Counted from the first letter of the stretch, positions 12,901 to 24,260 are shown. The stretch: 64,000 nucleotides of DNA from Anthoceros angustus (GCA_010909165.1 MU008183.1:950114-1014113); one strand, 5' to 3'. The notes: generated by a model from the letters alone, not told the origin. Translations and numbers: made by a program.

Positions 12901-13768
12901 GTCAGGGGCCATGAAAGATGCACAGCAGGTGTTTGATGCATTGCCCCAAAGAGACGCGGGCACCTGGAATGCACTCATTGCAGGCTACAGTTGTCAAGGA
13001 GACAGTGAATTGGTCTTTGACTTGGTGCAGAGAATGCTAGAGGATGGGATACAGCCAGTGGCCATCACTTTCCTTAGTATACTAACAGTATGCAGCCATG
13101 CAGGTCTAGTGATCAAGGGGAGAGAGTACTTTGAGGCTATGAGTAGGCAGTACGGCATCACTCCTGATGTTGAGCATTACACATGCATGGTGGACCTCCT
13201 GGGGCGGGCAGGCCACCTGGACGAGGCACTAGACGTGCTTAGGACAATGCCTGTAGTGCCCAACGCTGCGGTTTGGTGCACTCTGTTAGGTGCTTGTCGA
13301 AATTGGGGCAACGTAGATATAGGGCGCTATGCTTTCGACCAAGCAGTGAAGCTAGACAACGAAGTTGCTGCAGCACATGTGTTGATGTCGAATATATACA
13401 CCGGTGCTCAGATGTGGGAGCAAGCACGTATTGTGCAGGAGAGGAGGATGAGCATCAAGGCCTGGAAGCAGCCGGGTCAGAGCTGGTGGACAGACAAGGA
13501 CGGACTCGTCCATAGTTTCTTGGTTGGGGATGAGAAGCATCCCAAGAGGGAAGCAAGGCGGAGCCAGGAGTCCTCCAAAATGAGGCAACAAGGATTTCTT
13601 CCACATCTCGACTCGTTGGGGGCAGACAAACCAAATGATACAAGAGCAGACGCTTTGTTTCCAATCCCAGTAAAGATCGTGCACAATCTGCTTTGTGCTG
13701 AATCTCATACTGCCACGAAGTGGCCTGAGCATGCTGCACTGTCAAATCATGATGTCAAGTATCGTTGA
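9977..13768 (+). CDS. PLS-class PPR protein with E1/E2 and a degenerate WW-type DYW domain (organellar RNA editing factor family); intronless
   Basis: ORF with repeated S-P-L triplets (VANSLVNMYAKCG / VVTWNAMIAGY / SVTFVCLLQAC), then P2-L2-S2 (VEHYTCMVDLLGRAG), E1/E2 and KQPGQSWW..VHSFLVGDEKHP. The first ATG is at 9977; the ORF-track start at 9941 is TTG. Confidence 0.95.
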   Translation: MTESAPLPVWLTSRNGLLANNESASCKTFAPKPARPRGALSGHGSSSRSWSLPEDPDLGGYAGFGSGVTAETVSNLCYQGQLSQAVEALGVLVQCGCWVSESLFCTVVKKCIVKKNLVVGRRVHAFTVKKGYQSDTFLGNHILRMYASQGRLEDAMNVFAVVAVPDAFTWSAVISAHVKHGQDKRAVELYHRMRRSSVKADAHVLVAALQACARGSDLETGQTVHADALAFGLERDLFVCNSLVNMYAKCGSLEDARRVFDGLGQKDVVTWTALIAGYSQQGLGQEALRLYSVMQEEGTAVPNSVTFVSLLQACASVGPLALEKGKELHARIREQGYQADVYVANSLVNMYAKCGSLEHAQRVFDGLSHKDVVAWNAMIAGYSQQGMGQEALSLYTVMQEQGIAFPSSVTFVCLLQACASVGTLVLETGKKLHVQIREQGHHHDVFVANSLVNMYAKCGSLEDAQKVFDELGHKDVVTWNAIIAGYAHQGMGHKAFSLYSAMLGEGMAVPNSVTYLVLLQACASLGISALEKGRQLHSEVREQGHQDDMFVANSLVNMYAKCGSLEDAQRVFDGLGQKDVVSWTTLVAGYSQQGMGQEALCLYSAMQEEGIAVPNSVTYVCLLQACASVGTPALETGKQLHAQIRQRGYQADVFVANSLVNMYAKCGSLEDAQTVFDGLGQKDVVTWNAMIAGCSQHGMGQAALRLYGAMLEEGIIAPNSVTYVCLLQACATVGVSALENGKQLHAEIRERGHQDDVFVANSLLNMYAKCGSMEDAQRIFDGLSEKDVVTWNAIIAGYAQQGMGQEALRLFSTMRTEGTWTPDSVTFVCLLQACASIGTLALEKGKGLHEQIRELGYQADMMVANSLVNMYAKCGSLEDARRVFEGLDEKDLVTWTAVIAGYSQQGMGQEALRLYSMMKEEGMAVPDSVTFGCLLQACANVAALHLGRELHAQIEEEGLENDLIVAGSLINMYGKSGAMKDAQQVFDALPQRDAGTWNALIAGYSCQGDSELVFDLVQRMLEDGIQPVAITFLSILTVCSHAGLVIKGREYFEAMSRQYGITPDVEHYTCMVDLLGRAGHLDEALDVLRTMPVVPNAAVWCTLLGACRNWGNVDIGRYAFDQAVKLDNEVAAAHVLMSNIYTGAQMWEQARIVQERRMSIKAWKQPGQSWWTDKDGLVHSFLVGDEKHPKREARRSQESSKMRQQGFLPHLDSLGADKPNDTRADALFPIPVKIVHNLLCAESHTATKWPEHAALSNHDVKYR

Positions 13769-13818
13769 GAGATGAATCGGGCATACGCAAGTCATCCAGA
13801 AGTGGAGTTCCAGTGTAG

Positions 13819-14600
13819 TTAATGACGTTCGCGACACGAACAAGATCCTTCCATTCAGTAGTAGACTCGATGTGTATCGCGCACTGAAACCTCTCGTTTG
13901 TTAAGCCAACACATGATCTTGCGGCTACAGTGACAGTCATTGCACATGCGAGGGTTTATCACAACTGGCAAAGACGTGCTAACCGGTGTGTTTGGCAGAC
14001 CATTTGCCAAGGCCAGTTTCTCGTCATGTCCACTCAAGGCACCCTCCTTCTCCAGCTCAGACACTGCCTTAATACCAACAGAGCTTGTGGCAAGTTCTCC
14101 TTCCTCCTCCATCCTCATTGACGAGATGTCAGACTATCGTCCCTGCTGTGAACTCGTGCACCTCGTCCTTGACTTCAATGCAAGATTTCGTTGCCTTTTT
14201 TATTGCCCCAGCTGACTTTCTCAAGCTTTCTATCCTATCGACATCATCCCACCTGTCTGCATTGGCATTGATGTTCCCCAACAGCACAATACGCACTGCC
14301 ATTTCCAGGTTCCGACTCTACGAGATGCTCGAAGCATCCCTGTCCAAGTTCTACATCGCCATCGCTTTCGCTTTCGCTCAGCAGACACCAAGCCCCTGCT
14401 CGAGCCTGCCTGAAGAGGGCACACGAGGCTGACATGATGGCCCGCCGTGATACCCTCATCTTGCCTACAAAGCTAGGGCTTCTCGCCCAAATCGCCGCTT
14501 AGGATAACCTGGATGGGTCGTAGTAGTGCAACTCACCACGACTCTCTTGGGCAGGCTGTAGAACACCATTCTCGCATCATTGCATCCAGTTGCACCTGAT
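13819..14600 (-). pseudogene. DYW:KP-type PPR pseudogene (one PPR relic + E1/E2 + DYW:KP ending CSCRERH)
   Basis: Minus strand, in order: DARMVFYSLPKRVVVS...GREALAL; DGDVELGQGCFEHLVESEPGNGSAY; frameshift; VLLGNINANADRWDDVDRIESLRKSAGAIKKATKSCIEVKDEVHEFTAG; frameshift; LEKEGALSGHDEKLALANGLPNTP..NPRMCNDCHCSRKIM..REVSVRDTHRVYY*MEGSCSCRERH* (stop at 13819-13821). Confidence 0.9.
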
Positions 14601-14762
14601 GGGTTCATTAGCAAAGCTTGTAGGGTTGTGTGTGTATAAATCAGGTGAGACTTCGGGCCATTAAGCTGTGCTTAGCTATGCTCCCTACTCCAAGATGTGT
14701 GTCCAAATGGCTTTCCTCAAACGGACACAAGTGTTATAAGAACGTGGCTGTGAAGCATCCTA

Positions 14763-14945
14763 CTTAGATGGGGTGCTTAGAGGGAGTGGGTGCCCTTGGT
14801 GCTAGTAGTTTAGGCAAACTGCTTCGATCGTCACTTAGATGGGGTGTCTAGATGGAGCGGATGCTATTGGTGCTAGTAGCTTAGCCACACCATGGTACTA
14901 AGATGGGGAGCTTAGAGGGAATGGATGCCCTTGGTGCAAATTGGT
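14763..14945. repeat. Three degenerate ~65-70 bp tandem units
   Basis: ct(t/a)agatgggg..cttagaggga.tgg.tgcccttggtgc at 14763, 14834 and 14898. Confidence 0.6.
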
Positions 14946-15650
14946 ATACACCATTGTACAAATTGTGAGTACCAAGGGAATGTTTTCCTATCCAAGTGGA
15001 TTATAATAGACTTCTTCTTCTTCTACTCAAGAATCCATCTTGTGTGAGTGAGTGATGAACATCTCGGATGAGAAATCCATTGTCTTTTCATGCAAGCTTC
15101 CAATACTTAGGGCCTCTACGGAGCTGTTACCACCATAAACATCGTGTTGGTGGATTCATTTGGGAGTAGGTATCCGAACTCCTGACCCGACCGTGTAGTT
15201 CGACATCCAACTCGGGTTAGACAAGTGAGGGGCCTGTCACGGAGTCTATCCTCTCACCACCTCGTCTCCCCCCTCACCTCGGAGCACCTCCTGGACAATG
15301 AATGGCCCTCGCGCAACGCCCGTTTTTTAGGATAGCCGGGTCATTCTGCTTGTCATGGTGGAGTTCCTTGGTCGTTTCTGTTGAAGCCAGATTGTGCTGA
15401 TCCTTACTGTGTGCGTGCTGGGTTGCTTCCTGCTACGCCGCCCTTTCCTTCCCTGTAATTCTCCTCTGATTTGCTTCACATGCAATCGTTGCTTCTACAT
15501 CTAGATGTTTTCCTCAGTTGTGGGCACTGAGCTGTGTGAGTGAAATTTGAGACAGCGGTGGTGTCCAGCTTCTGCCTCCCCCCTCCCCCCCACCACCACT
15601 GTTGCGGGCTTTCTTCTTGGAAGGATCACGGACTGTTGTCTAGGTTTTTG

Positions 15651-16259
15651 ATGGCAGACAGCCATGGTCATCCGGGGAGTCCCGACAGCGGTCCTCATTC
15701 TGACAACGAATCGGGAGGTGGTCATTATGGTGGAGGCCACGATTCCTCCATCCGGGAGCAGGACCGTTTTCTTCCCATCGCAAATGTGAGCAGAATTATG
15801 AAGAAGGCGCTGCCAGCAAACGCCAAAATTTCCAAGGACGCCAAAGAGACCGTGCAGGAGTGCGTGTCCGAGTTCATCAGCTTCATCACAGGAGAGGCTT
15901 CCGACAAGTGCTTGAGGGAGAAGAGGAAAACCATCAACGGCGATGACTTATTGTGGGCTATGACCACGCTGGGCTTCGAGGATTATGTGGAGCCCTTGAA
16001 GGTTTACTTGCACAAGTACAGGGAAATGGAGGGGGAAAAGGCATCCATGGCCAAGCAAGGGGACCAGTCAGTAGTGAAGGACGGCAGCTCCGGGGCCGGA
16101 GGCATGGGTGTCGGAATGGGTGGGCTTAACGGAGGGATGCCCTCTGGCATGCACATGATGCAACAGCAGTACCCCCAGCAGCAGGGTGGTTTGATGTATG
16201 GCCAGATGATGCCGTATCAGATGGGTATGTCAGGCCCAGGCCAACCGCGGGCTATGTGA
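15651..16259 (+). CDS. NF-YB: Nuclear factor Y subunit B (histone-fold, CCAAT-binding); intronless; G/M/Q-rich C-terminus
   Basis: [76 protein letters not shown]; ATG at 15651. Confidence 0.97.
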   Translation: MADSHGHPGSPDSGPHSDNESGGGHYGGGHDSSIREQDRFLPIANVSRIMKKALPANAKISKDAKETVQECVSEFISFITGEASDKCLREKRKTINGDDLLWAMTTLGFEDYVEPLKVYLHKYREMEGEKASMAKQGDQSVVKDGSSGAGGMGVGMGGLNGGMPSGMHMMQQQYPQQQGGLMYGQMMPYQMGMSGPGQPRAM

Positions 16260-17456
16260 TCTGTGGTTGCAGAGACGCCAGCCGCAGCTCTACAGCTTGT
16301 CTCGGGAGTAATCCTGAGGTAGAGATGCAGGAGTAGAGCAGGGAGCAGAGCACGGAGTGTAGGCCTCGTGCTCAATGTCGGCCAAGTGCCATCAGAAACA
16401 CTGCAGTATCGAGGGCTCGAGATTTGTCGTGCTGGCTACTTACATGAAGTGGATTGCATAGCGTAGTTCTGAGCACCCCAACTTTGCATGGTGTAGGGGA
16501 ACGAGAGAGGAGGTGGTGCTTGTGTATTTTCATGTGGGCTTATGAATGGCTATAGTTTGTATGATGCTCCAATCTTCCGGGTTGGAGTCCAACACTTTCG
16601 AGTTTGCGTAGACATAATTGTCGCGGACACAATAAAATGCATAGAATTCCATCGGCATTTCCTGGTGATCCCAGCGTAAGGGGTGTGCCCAGCTAACATC
16701 TAATCCGTTTGTCCATAGTTGTAACTCTACAGCTTAGTTTGGGATTAAGCCCTGAGGTAGAGGGTGAGAGAAGGGTACATTCGAGTGTGGACCTCTGCTT
16801 ACTGTTGGCCCAGCACCGTCAGCAAGTGGGTTGCATAGTGTAGTTCCGAACAACCCAACTTTGCATGGTGTCTTGGTCTTGCGGACAAAGGAACGATAGT
16901 AGGTGTTTATGTATTTTCATTAAAAAATTATTGTTATTTATATTTATATTTTTCTTATGATGGATACATTAAAAAACCTGCTTGATTTTGGAATTTATCA
17001 TCAGCGTGTTCTGGTGATTGATTCTAGGATTATGAGTAAAGGTTGTGGCCACTTGTCTTGATAGCATGAAGCATAACAAGCATGAAAAATATCAGGTAAT
17101 AGTTAGGTATTATCATTTTAGTGGAAATATGTTACATAGCATAAGCTCAAGCTAAAAACTCTTGTTTATACTCAAATGTGATAAACTTGATAAAGTTGTA
17201 CCACGTTTAAAGACTCTTGAAATCTTAATTCAATAATCTACATAAATTGAATCTTATACAAATAAAGAGAAATTTTTAATAATGATATAAGATACAAAAG
17301 ATGGGAACAAAAGAAATGTTTATTAAATAAAAAGATATAAAGATGAACCCGTCTACCAACCCTATGATAGGTTAAGAGAGTTCTATGAACTATAGGTACA
17401 ACTTAGATTATGGTTGGAGGATCAGAGTAGGATGGAAGAACCGTGCTCTATATCCG

Positions 17457-17645
17457 ATCATGTATGTTTCCTCTTATGTCATGTTGAGGGAGATGTAAGG
17501 GCCTACATACCATTAGAGTCTTCAAAGATCTATCTCCAACACTTGTAATCCAATCATGTATGTTGCCTCTTATGTCATGTTGAGGGAGATGTAAGGGCCT
17601 ACATACCATTAGAGTCTTCAAAGATCGATCTCCAATATTTGTAGT
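17457..17645. repeat. Two-copy 96-bp tandem duplication
   Basis: atcatgtatgtt(t/g)cctcttatgtcatgttgagggagatgtaagggcctacataccattagagtcttcaaagatc at 17457 and 17553. Confidence 0.9.
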
Positions 17646-18030
17646 TGTGGATTGTCGGATACAACAAGGGTACAAACAAAAGATTGATAAATCAAACTTG
17701 CTAAAAAAACTCTTAAAATTTGATTAACCTTTGCTCGAGCTCATGTGCTCATGATGTCCCAATATTTACAAAATATATCTAGTAATATATTTTCTCATGA
17801 CTAAATCTATGCACTTGAAAACATTACCTATAAGGATAGGGTTTCTCCACCCTCATATTAACCTTACTGTCACATGTATTTTTCTTACAAACACATGTGG
17901 AAGGCCAATGTTTCCATTGTCGCAGTTGCTCTCCCCATCCGCTCTCTGGAGGGCGCACCTAGGTGAGGCTTCTAGGTAACCCGTCACGCCTTGAATGCAG
18001 CATACTGGAAGAGGGTCTGGGCCTCAAGCG

Positions 18031-18710
18031 GGTCTCGCATGAGACCATGTGTTGGGGCTCGACCTTGAAGCGCAAGATCTGCTTTCACTGTTCAGGTGTG
18101 CGCCGGTTTCTCTAGAGCTACACCTTGAGGCGCGACCCCTACTATCGCCGTGTCTCGCAGGAGGTTCCCTTGTGTGAGACCTAGGTGCTCTCTTTCATGC
18201 ATGAGACCTTGTTAAGGGGGGGTTGGTTTCTCTTTTGTGAAGCGAAAAGTAGAAGGTTTTTGTGTGTGAGACCTTTCTCGCAGGAGGTTCCCTTGTGTGA
18301 GACCTAGGTGCTCTCTTTCATGCATGAGACCTTGTTAAGGGGGGGTTGGTTTCTCTTTTGTGAAGCGAAGAGCATGAGGTTTTTGTGTGTGAGACCTTTT
18401 GTGAGACGAGGAGTAGGAGGCTCCCGGGTATGAAACCTAGGTGCTTTGTTCAAGAATCTTGTTATGAGGGCATCGATTTTTCTTTTGTGAGACGAAGATT
18501 TAGCATGAGACCTTGTTTTTAGGTGAGCTAGTTTCTTTAGCATGAGACTAGAGGTCTTTGGCACAAGAGGGTCTCACAACGGACTTTGTTCAAGGTTTCT
18601 CTCGCATGAGACTAGAGGTTTTCTTGCACAGGAGGTCTTGTATCATGAGACCTTTTATGAGGTTCCAATTTTTATATGAGTATCCTATTTGTATGATGCG
18701 AGACTTTTTG
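18031..18710. repeat. GAGAC(C/T/G)-motif array containing a 123-bp tandem duplication
   Basis: At least 14 (A/G)TGAGAC-like motifs on the plus strand. The unit ctcgcaggaggttcccttgtgtgagacctagg... starts at 18154 and 18277. Confidence 0.75.
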
Positions 18711-19570
18711 TGTGTTTAATGTTTGAGTAGGTATTCTATGGTATCAGGTAGTAGTTTCGAGATGTGCCCGATGTTTATAATAACTAGGATGAAACTTACT
18801 ATGTATGTATCAACATAAGTATTTAATTAGAACTAATATTTTATATGTAGATAATGATTTATAAATTATAGATAAATGAATAAATTTTTACAGCTTGGGA
18901 TCTCATACACTACATATGTAGTGAACTAATATAATTATTTAATAACTTATATTAAAATATTTTTTGCAGATCATCTTGAGGGTACATCAGATTACTAGTA
19001 ATTAGAATAAAGAGTATTTGATAATTAGAATTAGGCATGTTATATGGTTATGGATATGGTGGTAAGAGTTTTTAATTGATATGATTATGATGGTAATAAT
19101 GATTAACTAATATGGATATGGTGTTAATAGTATTGAACTAATATTAATATATATATATATATAAATTATAATAAGATGTATCTATTAGTTAAAAATAACT
19201 ATCTTAGGATAACTATCTATATACATAGATGATAGACGGACAAGGACTAATCTGACAGGTAAGAGAGTTATTTAAGATAGCAAACAGCTGTGTTTAGTAT
19301 TGAAAAATATATATAAGAGACAAAACGGGAGTAGACAAGCGAAGAGGGTAATAAGTGTGGGATGGTTAAATAGGGGAATAGAAATGCGGGAGGGACTGAG
19401 AAAAGCAGAACATATCAGACTTTTGAAGTTCTTGACTTCATGCGCAATTTGGCGGAGTCCCGGTGCTGGCTGTTTAGGGTAGGCTTGGGACTGGTGAGCT
19501 GCTCGGGGGCTTAGCTGATTGTGGGAGGCAAGGCAAGGGAGGGCAAGGCGATCAAGACTGGTGTGCAACA

Positions 19571-20938
19571 ATGGAGGGGGGTTCGCAGTCGGGCAATCCG
19601 CGGACCGTGGAAGATGTGTTCAAAGATTTCAAAGGGAGGCGAAGCGGGATGCTCAAGGCTCTCACCACTGGTGCGTCCTGCAGTTCCCGCTCCCGCACCG
19701 CCTGCTTGCCTGCCTGCCTGTCTTTGGAGCTGCCGGCCTTGCTTCCGTGCTTGCCCCGCATTCTAGAGATGCTCCCGCTCCAGCATGCAGATGCCGCGCT
19801 TGCCTGGGACTGTGTGCTGGCTAACGCGCATTGCTGTGGTGTGGCCGGTGAATGCAGATGTGGAGGAATTTTACCGGCTGTGCGATCCAGGTCGGTGCAA
19901 GATTTCCGCTTGCCGTTGCTGCTGGAGCCTGTGGCTTGCGCCCGCCTGCTGACCTAGTCGCGTGTGCAGATAAGGAAAACCTGTGTCTTTACGGATTTCC
20001 GAACGAAGGCTGGGAGGTGAATTTGCCTGCGGAGGAGGTTCCTCCGGAGCTTCCCGAACCAGCGCTAGGCATTAACTTTGCAAGAAATGGCATGCATCGG
20101 AAGGACTGGTTATCTTTGGTTGCGGTGCACAGTGATGTTTGGCTTCTTTCCGTTGCCTTCTTCTATGGTGCGCGGCTGGATAAAAACGAGAGGTAGGTCG
20201 TCAGGCCTGTCGCGCTCGTCTCCGAGGCTGTTCTGGATGTCGGTGTTCTGGATCGCAATTCCGTTGTGTTTTCCTTGTACGGTAGGCGCATCGGTAGCTT
20301 GCTTCGCTTCCGCTTTAAGTTAGCTTAGGCATGTGGTTGTTTTTCGCTGTCGCGGTCCAGCGGATGGCAGTTTGTGCAGAAGATGTTACTGATGTTTAGT
20401 GTGTCCCCTGACTGGGTCTTTTTATTGCGTGCCGTGAGCAGGAAGCGTCTTTTTAACATGGTGAATGAGCTTCCGACTGTATTTGATGTAGTGACTGGGA
20501 AGAAGCCTCCTAAGGAAAAAGCTTATTCCAACAACAGTGGAAGCAAGAGCAAGCCTCCTGCAAAAATGGTGACACAGCTCGATCCCTTGCCCTTTCTTTT
20601 CTTCCGGAGTGCGCCTTGCTACGTTGTGACTGGTTTGCTTGTTTGCTGACAAAAGTGGCGTGGTTGTTGTGGAACTGCAGCCTAAATTGTCAAGCCCCGC
20701 TCCAGCCCTTCAGCAGCCTGATGAAGAGGATACACTGGAAGATGAGGAAGAGGAGCACGGTGATACCACATGTGGAAGCTGTGGGACCAAATATGCCACG
20801 AACGAGTTCTGGATTGCCTGCGACTTCTGTCTAAGGTGGTTCCACGGCAAATGTGTGAAGATCACTGCAACCAAGGCGGAACACATCAAGCAGTACAAGT
20901 GTCCAACGTGCCTTAAGAAGCCACGCATAAGCGGATGA
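19571..20938 (+). CDS. AL: Alfin-like PHD-finger protein, 5 exons (19571-19670, 19858-19890, 19970-20192, 20442-20568, 20681-20938)
   Basis: [76 protein letters not shown] and the C-terminal PHD CGSCG...[34 protein letters not shown] introns keep the frame. Confidence 0.97.
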
Positions 20939-21969
20939 CGTTACTTGATCTTATGGCAGCCCACAGTACAGTGGCTTGCAGAGGAGACCACCTTAGCTTG
21001 CATCATTCTTTCTATGTCACTGAAAGCAGTAGTAGAGGTGCAAATTGTTCCTTCGCATGATGGACGATGTTGTTGAAAGTCGGGGGATTGCTGTTGTCCT
21101 TGGTCAACCTTAGGTTAGGCCAAGGTATCAACGTATAACCAGCAGGTTCAGTGCAAGACTCAACTGGGACTATTGGCTGCAAGGTAGAGCTTTTCCTGTC
21201 TAGTGTTGTAGTGTTCTGTCTTTACTTACTGCTCAGGTGTAAGAACTCATCGCTGTGTGCAGCTCTGCACACGTAAAACGTTTGAAACTTCCCAAGTTTT
21301 GAGTGTAGGTGGCTCTCTTATTATGCCAGCTTAGGAACTAGGTCTAGGTGTAAACGTATTTTCTTCAGGGACATGCCTCACTTGATCGGGATTATTTTGC
21401 ACTCCTGCAAGGTATAGCCTCTCCTGTCTGGGTACAGCAGTGCTAGGTTTTGCTATTCACTATGAGCAGTTGTACATTTGCACACTTGTGAGCAGTTTGA
21501 GAGGCTCTTCGAAGTGTGTAAACCACACACCTCTTCCTTCACTGGGTTTTATGTTCCCTTCCCTGCTACCCACTGCGCGAGAGAGGAAAAGTTTGCACTA
21601 TCTGAATTGTCCTCTGGCAGCAGCAGGTGGCTACAGGCATCTCATCTGCTCCCAGAGAGGTTTCCAGAAGCATTTGTGGAAGCTTCAGGTGTTTGTGTAG
21701 CTATGGCTGATTTATGACAACAATCAGTGGCTCGAAGGCTTGAAACGTAAGCTGGATTGGACTGCCGTTGACAGGGTGGGCCAATGCGAAGTCGGCAAGA
21801 ATCTTGTGGGCCATGTGCTCGTGGCCAACCAGTACCTGAGAGAGGAGTACACATACATACCTCGGGTCCGTGCCTTTCTGCCGTGTGAGAGAGAATACAC
21901 AAGTCAGCGGTGACGAGGTCTCTCATCAGTGAACGCCTCTCTCGTGTTCCCCTCTTGCATGTGCACTGC

Positions 21970-22135
21970 GTACATGTACATACATACGTACCGTATATTG
22001 TAGTCAGCCTTCACACTGTGTATCTTCACATAAAACTACATACATACATACATCCATCCATCGATACATCCATCCATACATCCATCCATACGTACATTCA
22101 TACATACATATGTACGTACAGTGTTGTACATACGT
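21970..22135. repeat. Compound (TACA)n/(CATC)n microsatellite
   Basis: tacatacatacatacatccatccatcgatacatccatccatacatcc... Confidence 0.85.
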
Positions 22136-24260
22136 CGTAAACACTAACAGACAGGGGCGTTCAAGCTACCGGGCATCGCGGAAAGCGTGTGATCACATTT
22201 AATTATCCTCCGGCGATCGCATCTTGGCAGCTTCCTCATCTTCCACGAATTAAATCGCGGATTAGGTGGAGCCTCTTGTGCGGAGTGTCGCTCTTGGGGT
22301 TAGCAGAGCTGTGCGTACTCTCGGCAACCTTGTACATACCAAACTTTCTAGATCCCACCGTCGGACACGCTCGTGTCTCGATGCCTTTTCATCGCGGCAT
22401 GTGCCGACCAGATTCCTTCCCTGCGATGCATACAACAACTTGTCCATCTTCTCCTTCCTCCTGCATCAAAAGCACCAAACCGGCCGAGCCCGAATAGGCA
22501 GAGCGTGCTTCAACATAAGTCTGCAAACAAAAACACCTTCGGCGAACTCAGGATACAAAAGCAAGCCACTCGCAAGCAGCCCTGCTGCGAAGGGTCGCAC
22601 GACTGCAGCAGCAAGGCAACTTGGAAGGAGAACCGGACGACGCTCCTCTTGCAGATTCGGATTCACAAATCGGATGAGCTGGCTCGCTTCTCCCCTACTC
22701 TACTTTCCAAACCCTAGGAGGCGCTTTCGATTCTTGGAAACCCTGCAGCACGGAGGCAGAAGATCCACGCTACTAGGTGCTCCCAGGCTACGTCATCGCC
22801 ACACAAGGTGCAGCATGGACCTGCTGCTCGAAGTCGCAAGGCGGAAGGAAACTGCTGCAATTGGACACCGCTCCGCTGTACAAGACTCCGTTCCCGGTGA
22901 CCTACTATTTTCAATGGCTTTTTACGGTTTAATATCTGCATAACACGACCACCCGGAGCTTCAAATTCAAATGAAGCGACCAAGCGACATCAGCACGGAC
23001 AATACCCAGAACAATTCGCTTTAAAAAACGCAAAGCCACGACAGGAAGGCCAGGACTCGGGACTCGGTTGCAACGGAGTCTTCTTTTGGGTTCTTGATTC
23101 TTCGGTCTTCTTCAATTGAAAAGCTTTGTACCACCTTATTGTTTCATATAATTATTTATTTTAATAGGTATAATTTTTAATAGTAGTCAGATGCCCATAT
23201 AACTACCTATTTGATAAGATAGAATAATTATACAACCATCCAACCAATAGAATTATTCCATTGGCTATACCTATCAATACTAATATATGTGGATCTATTT
23301 TACCTTACTACAATAATTATAATAAAAAATCATATATCATTTTAATAATAATAATAATAATTATTAAATAGAGAATTTAAAATATTTATCCCAAAGAAAT
23401 TTAGGGCTACAAATCTCAAGCGTGGACATCACAATATATTATGGTTTCACTACATGTAATGGTCCCTAAAGTAATTAATGCAAAAAGCTCCCAAGAGCTT
23501 TGCATATTACCTTCAATCCACAGTGGCTATTGGGGCACAACATAATGAAAACACATTACCTATTATATATGTACATGATCAATATGGGGGTGCTAAGTAT
23601 AAATAAACATAGAGCCCAGATGAAACTAATGAATACATTCGATGCTAAGTATAAGTAAGGATAGAACCCGAAAGAGACTAATGGACACATTTCTTGTTTC
23701 ATTTGTGCATGAACAATATGGTGGAACTAGAGTACCATTCTAACATTGACATATCCACATAAAGAATCACTTACTAGAGAGCAAAAAAAAAAAAATAAGA
23801 TTATAATATAATAATATTAAAAAGGATGAATTAAGATTTTAATTTTAGCTAAAATTAGTTTATATATTTATTTTTTTCTCCCCATATATCATAGTCCATT
23901 GGAGTCCCACGGTCGTCGGTCGTTGATGTACAAAACAAAGGAGTGAAAACAAGTCCCGAGCTCGGGTCGTAATAGGAAAGACAGGTTTGATGAGAGAGAG
24001 GCAACCCTAACAAGGGTAGAGAGAGAAAGTGGGTAGGTATTCAGGTAGCTAGTAGCTATATGTCAGGATGGAGGAACAATTGACGATAGTTGCCGTTGTT
24101 TTACATACCGCTCTCAGGTGGCGCCTGCCACTCGGCACGGGCCATCAGGCCATCATAGGTGGGGGAGGCTCGATTGTCTGCAGGAGCGATGATGGCTGGA
24201 CGTGCGTGAAGCGTGAAGGAAGGCGTGACAGGGACGGGGCGAAGCCTGGCCTGGCTTGGC

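Noticed and set aside
14448-15239. Possible solo LTR (TGAT...TGTCA)
   Set aside because: No TSD, and its left part translates as a PPR relic belonging to the KP pseudogene.
21880-21960. GA-rich/CT-rich segments reminiscent of a miR529/miR535 hairpin
   Set aside because: No match to the mature sequences as I recall them, and pairing is poor.
22200-23000. 225-aa plus-strand ORF and UTR/intron-like minus-strand sequence
   Set aside because: No recognisable domain or consistent exon chain; cannot be supported without RNA data.
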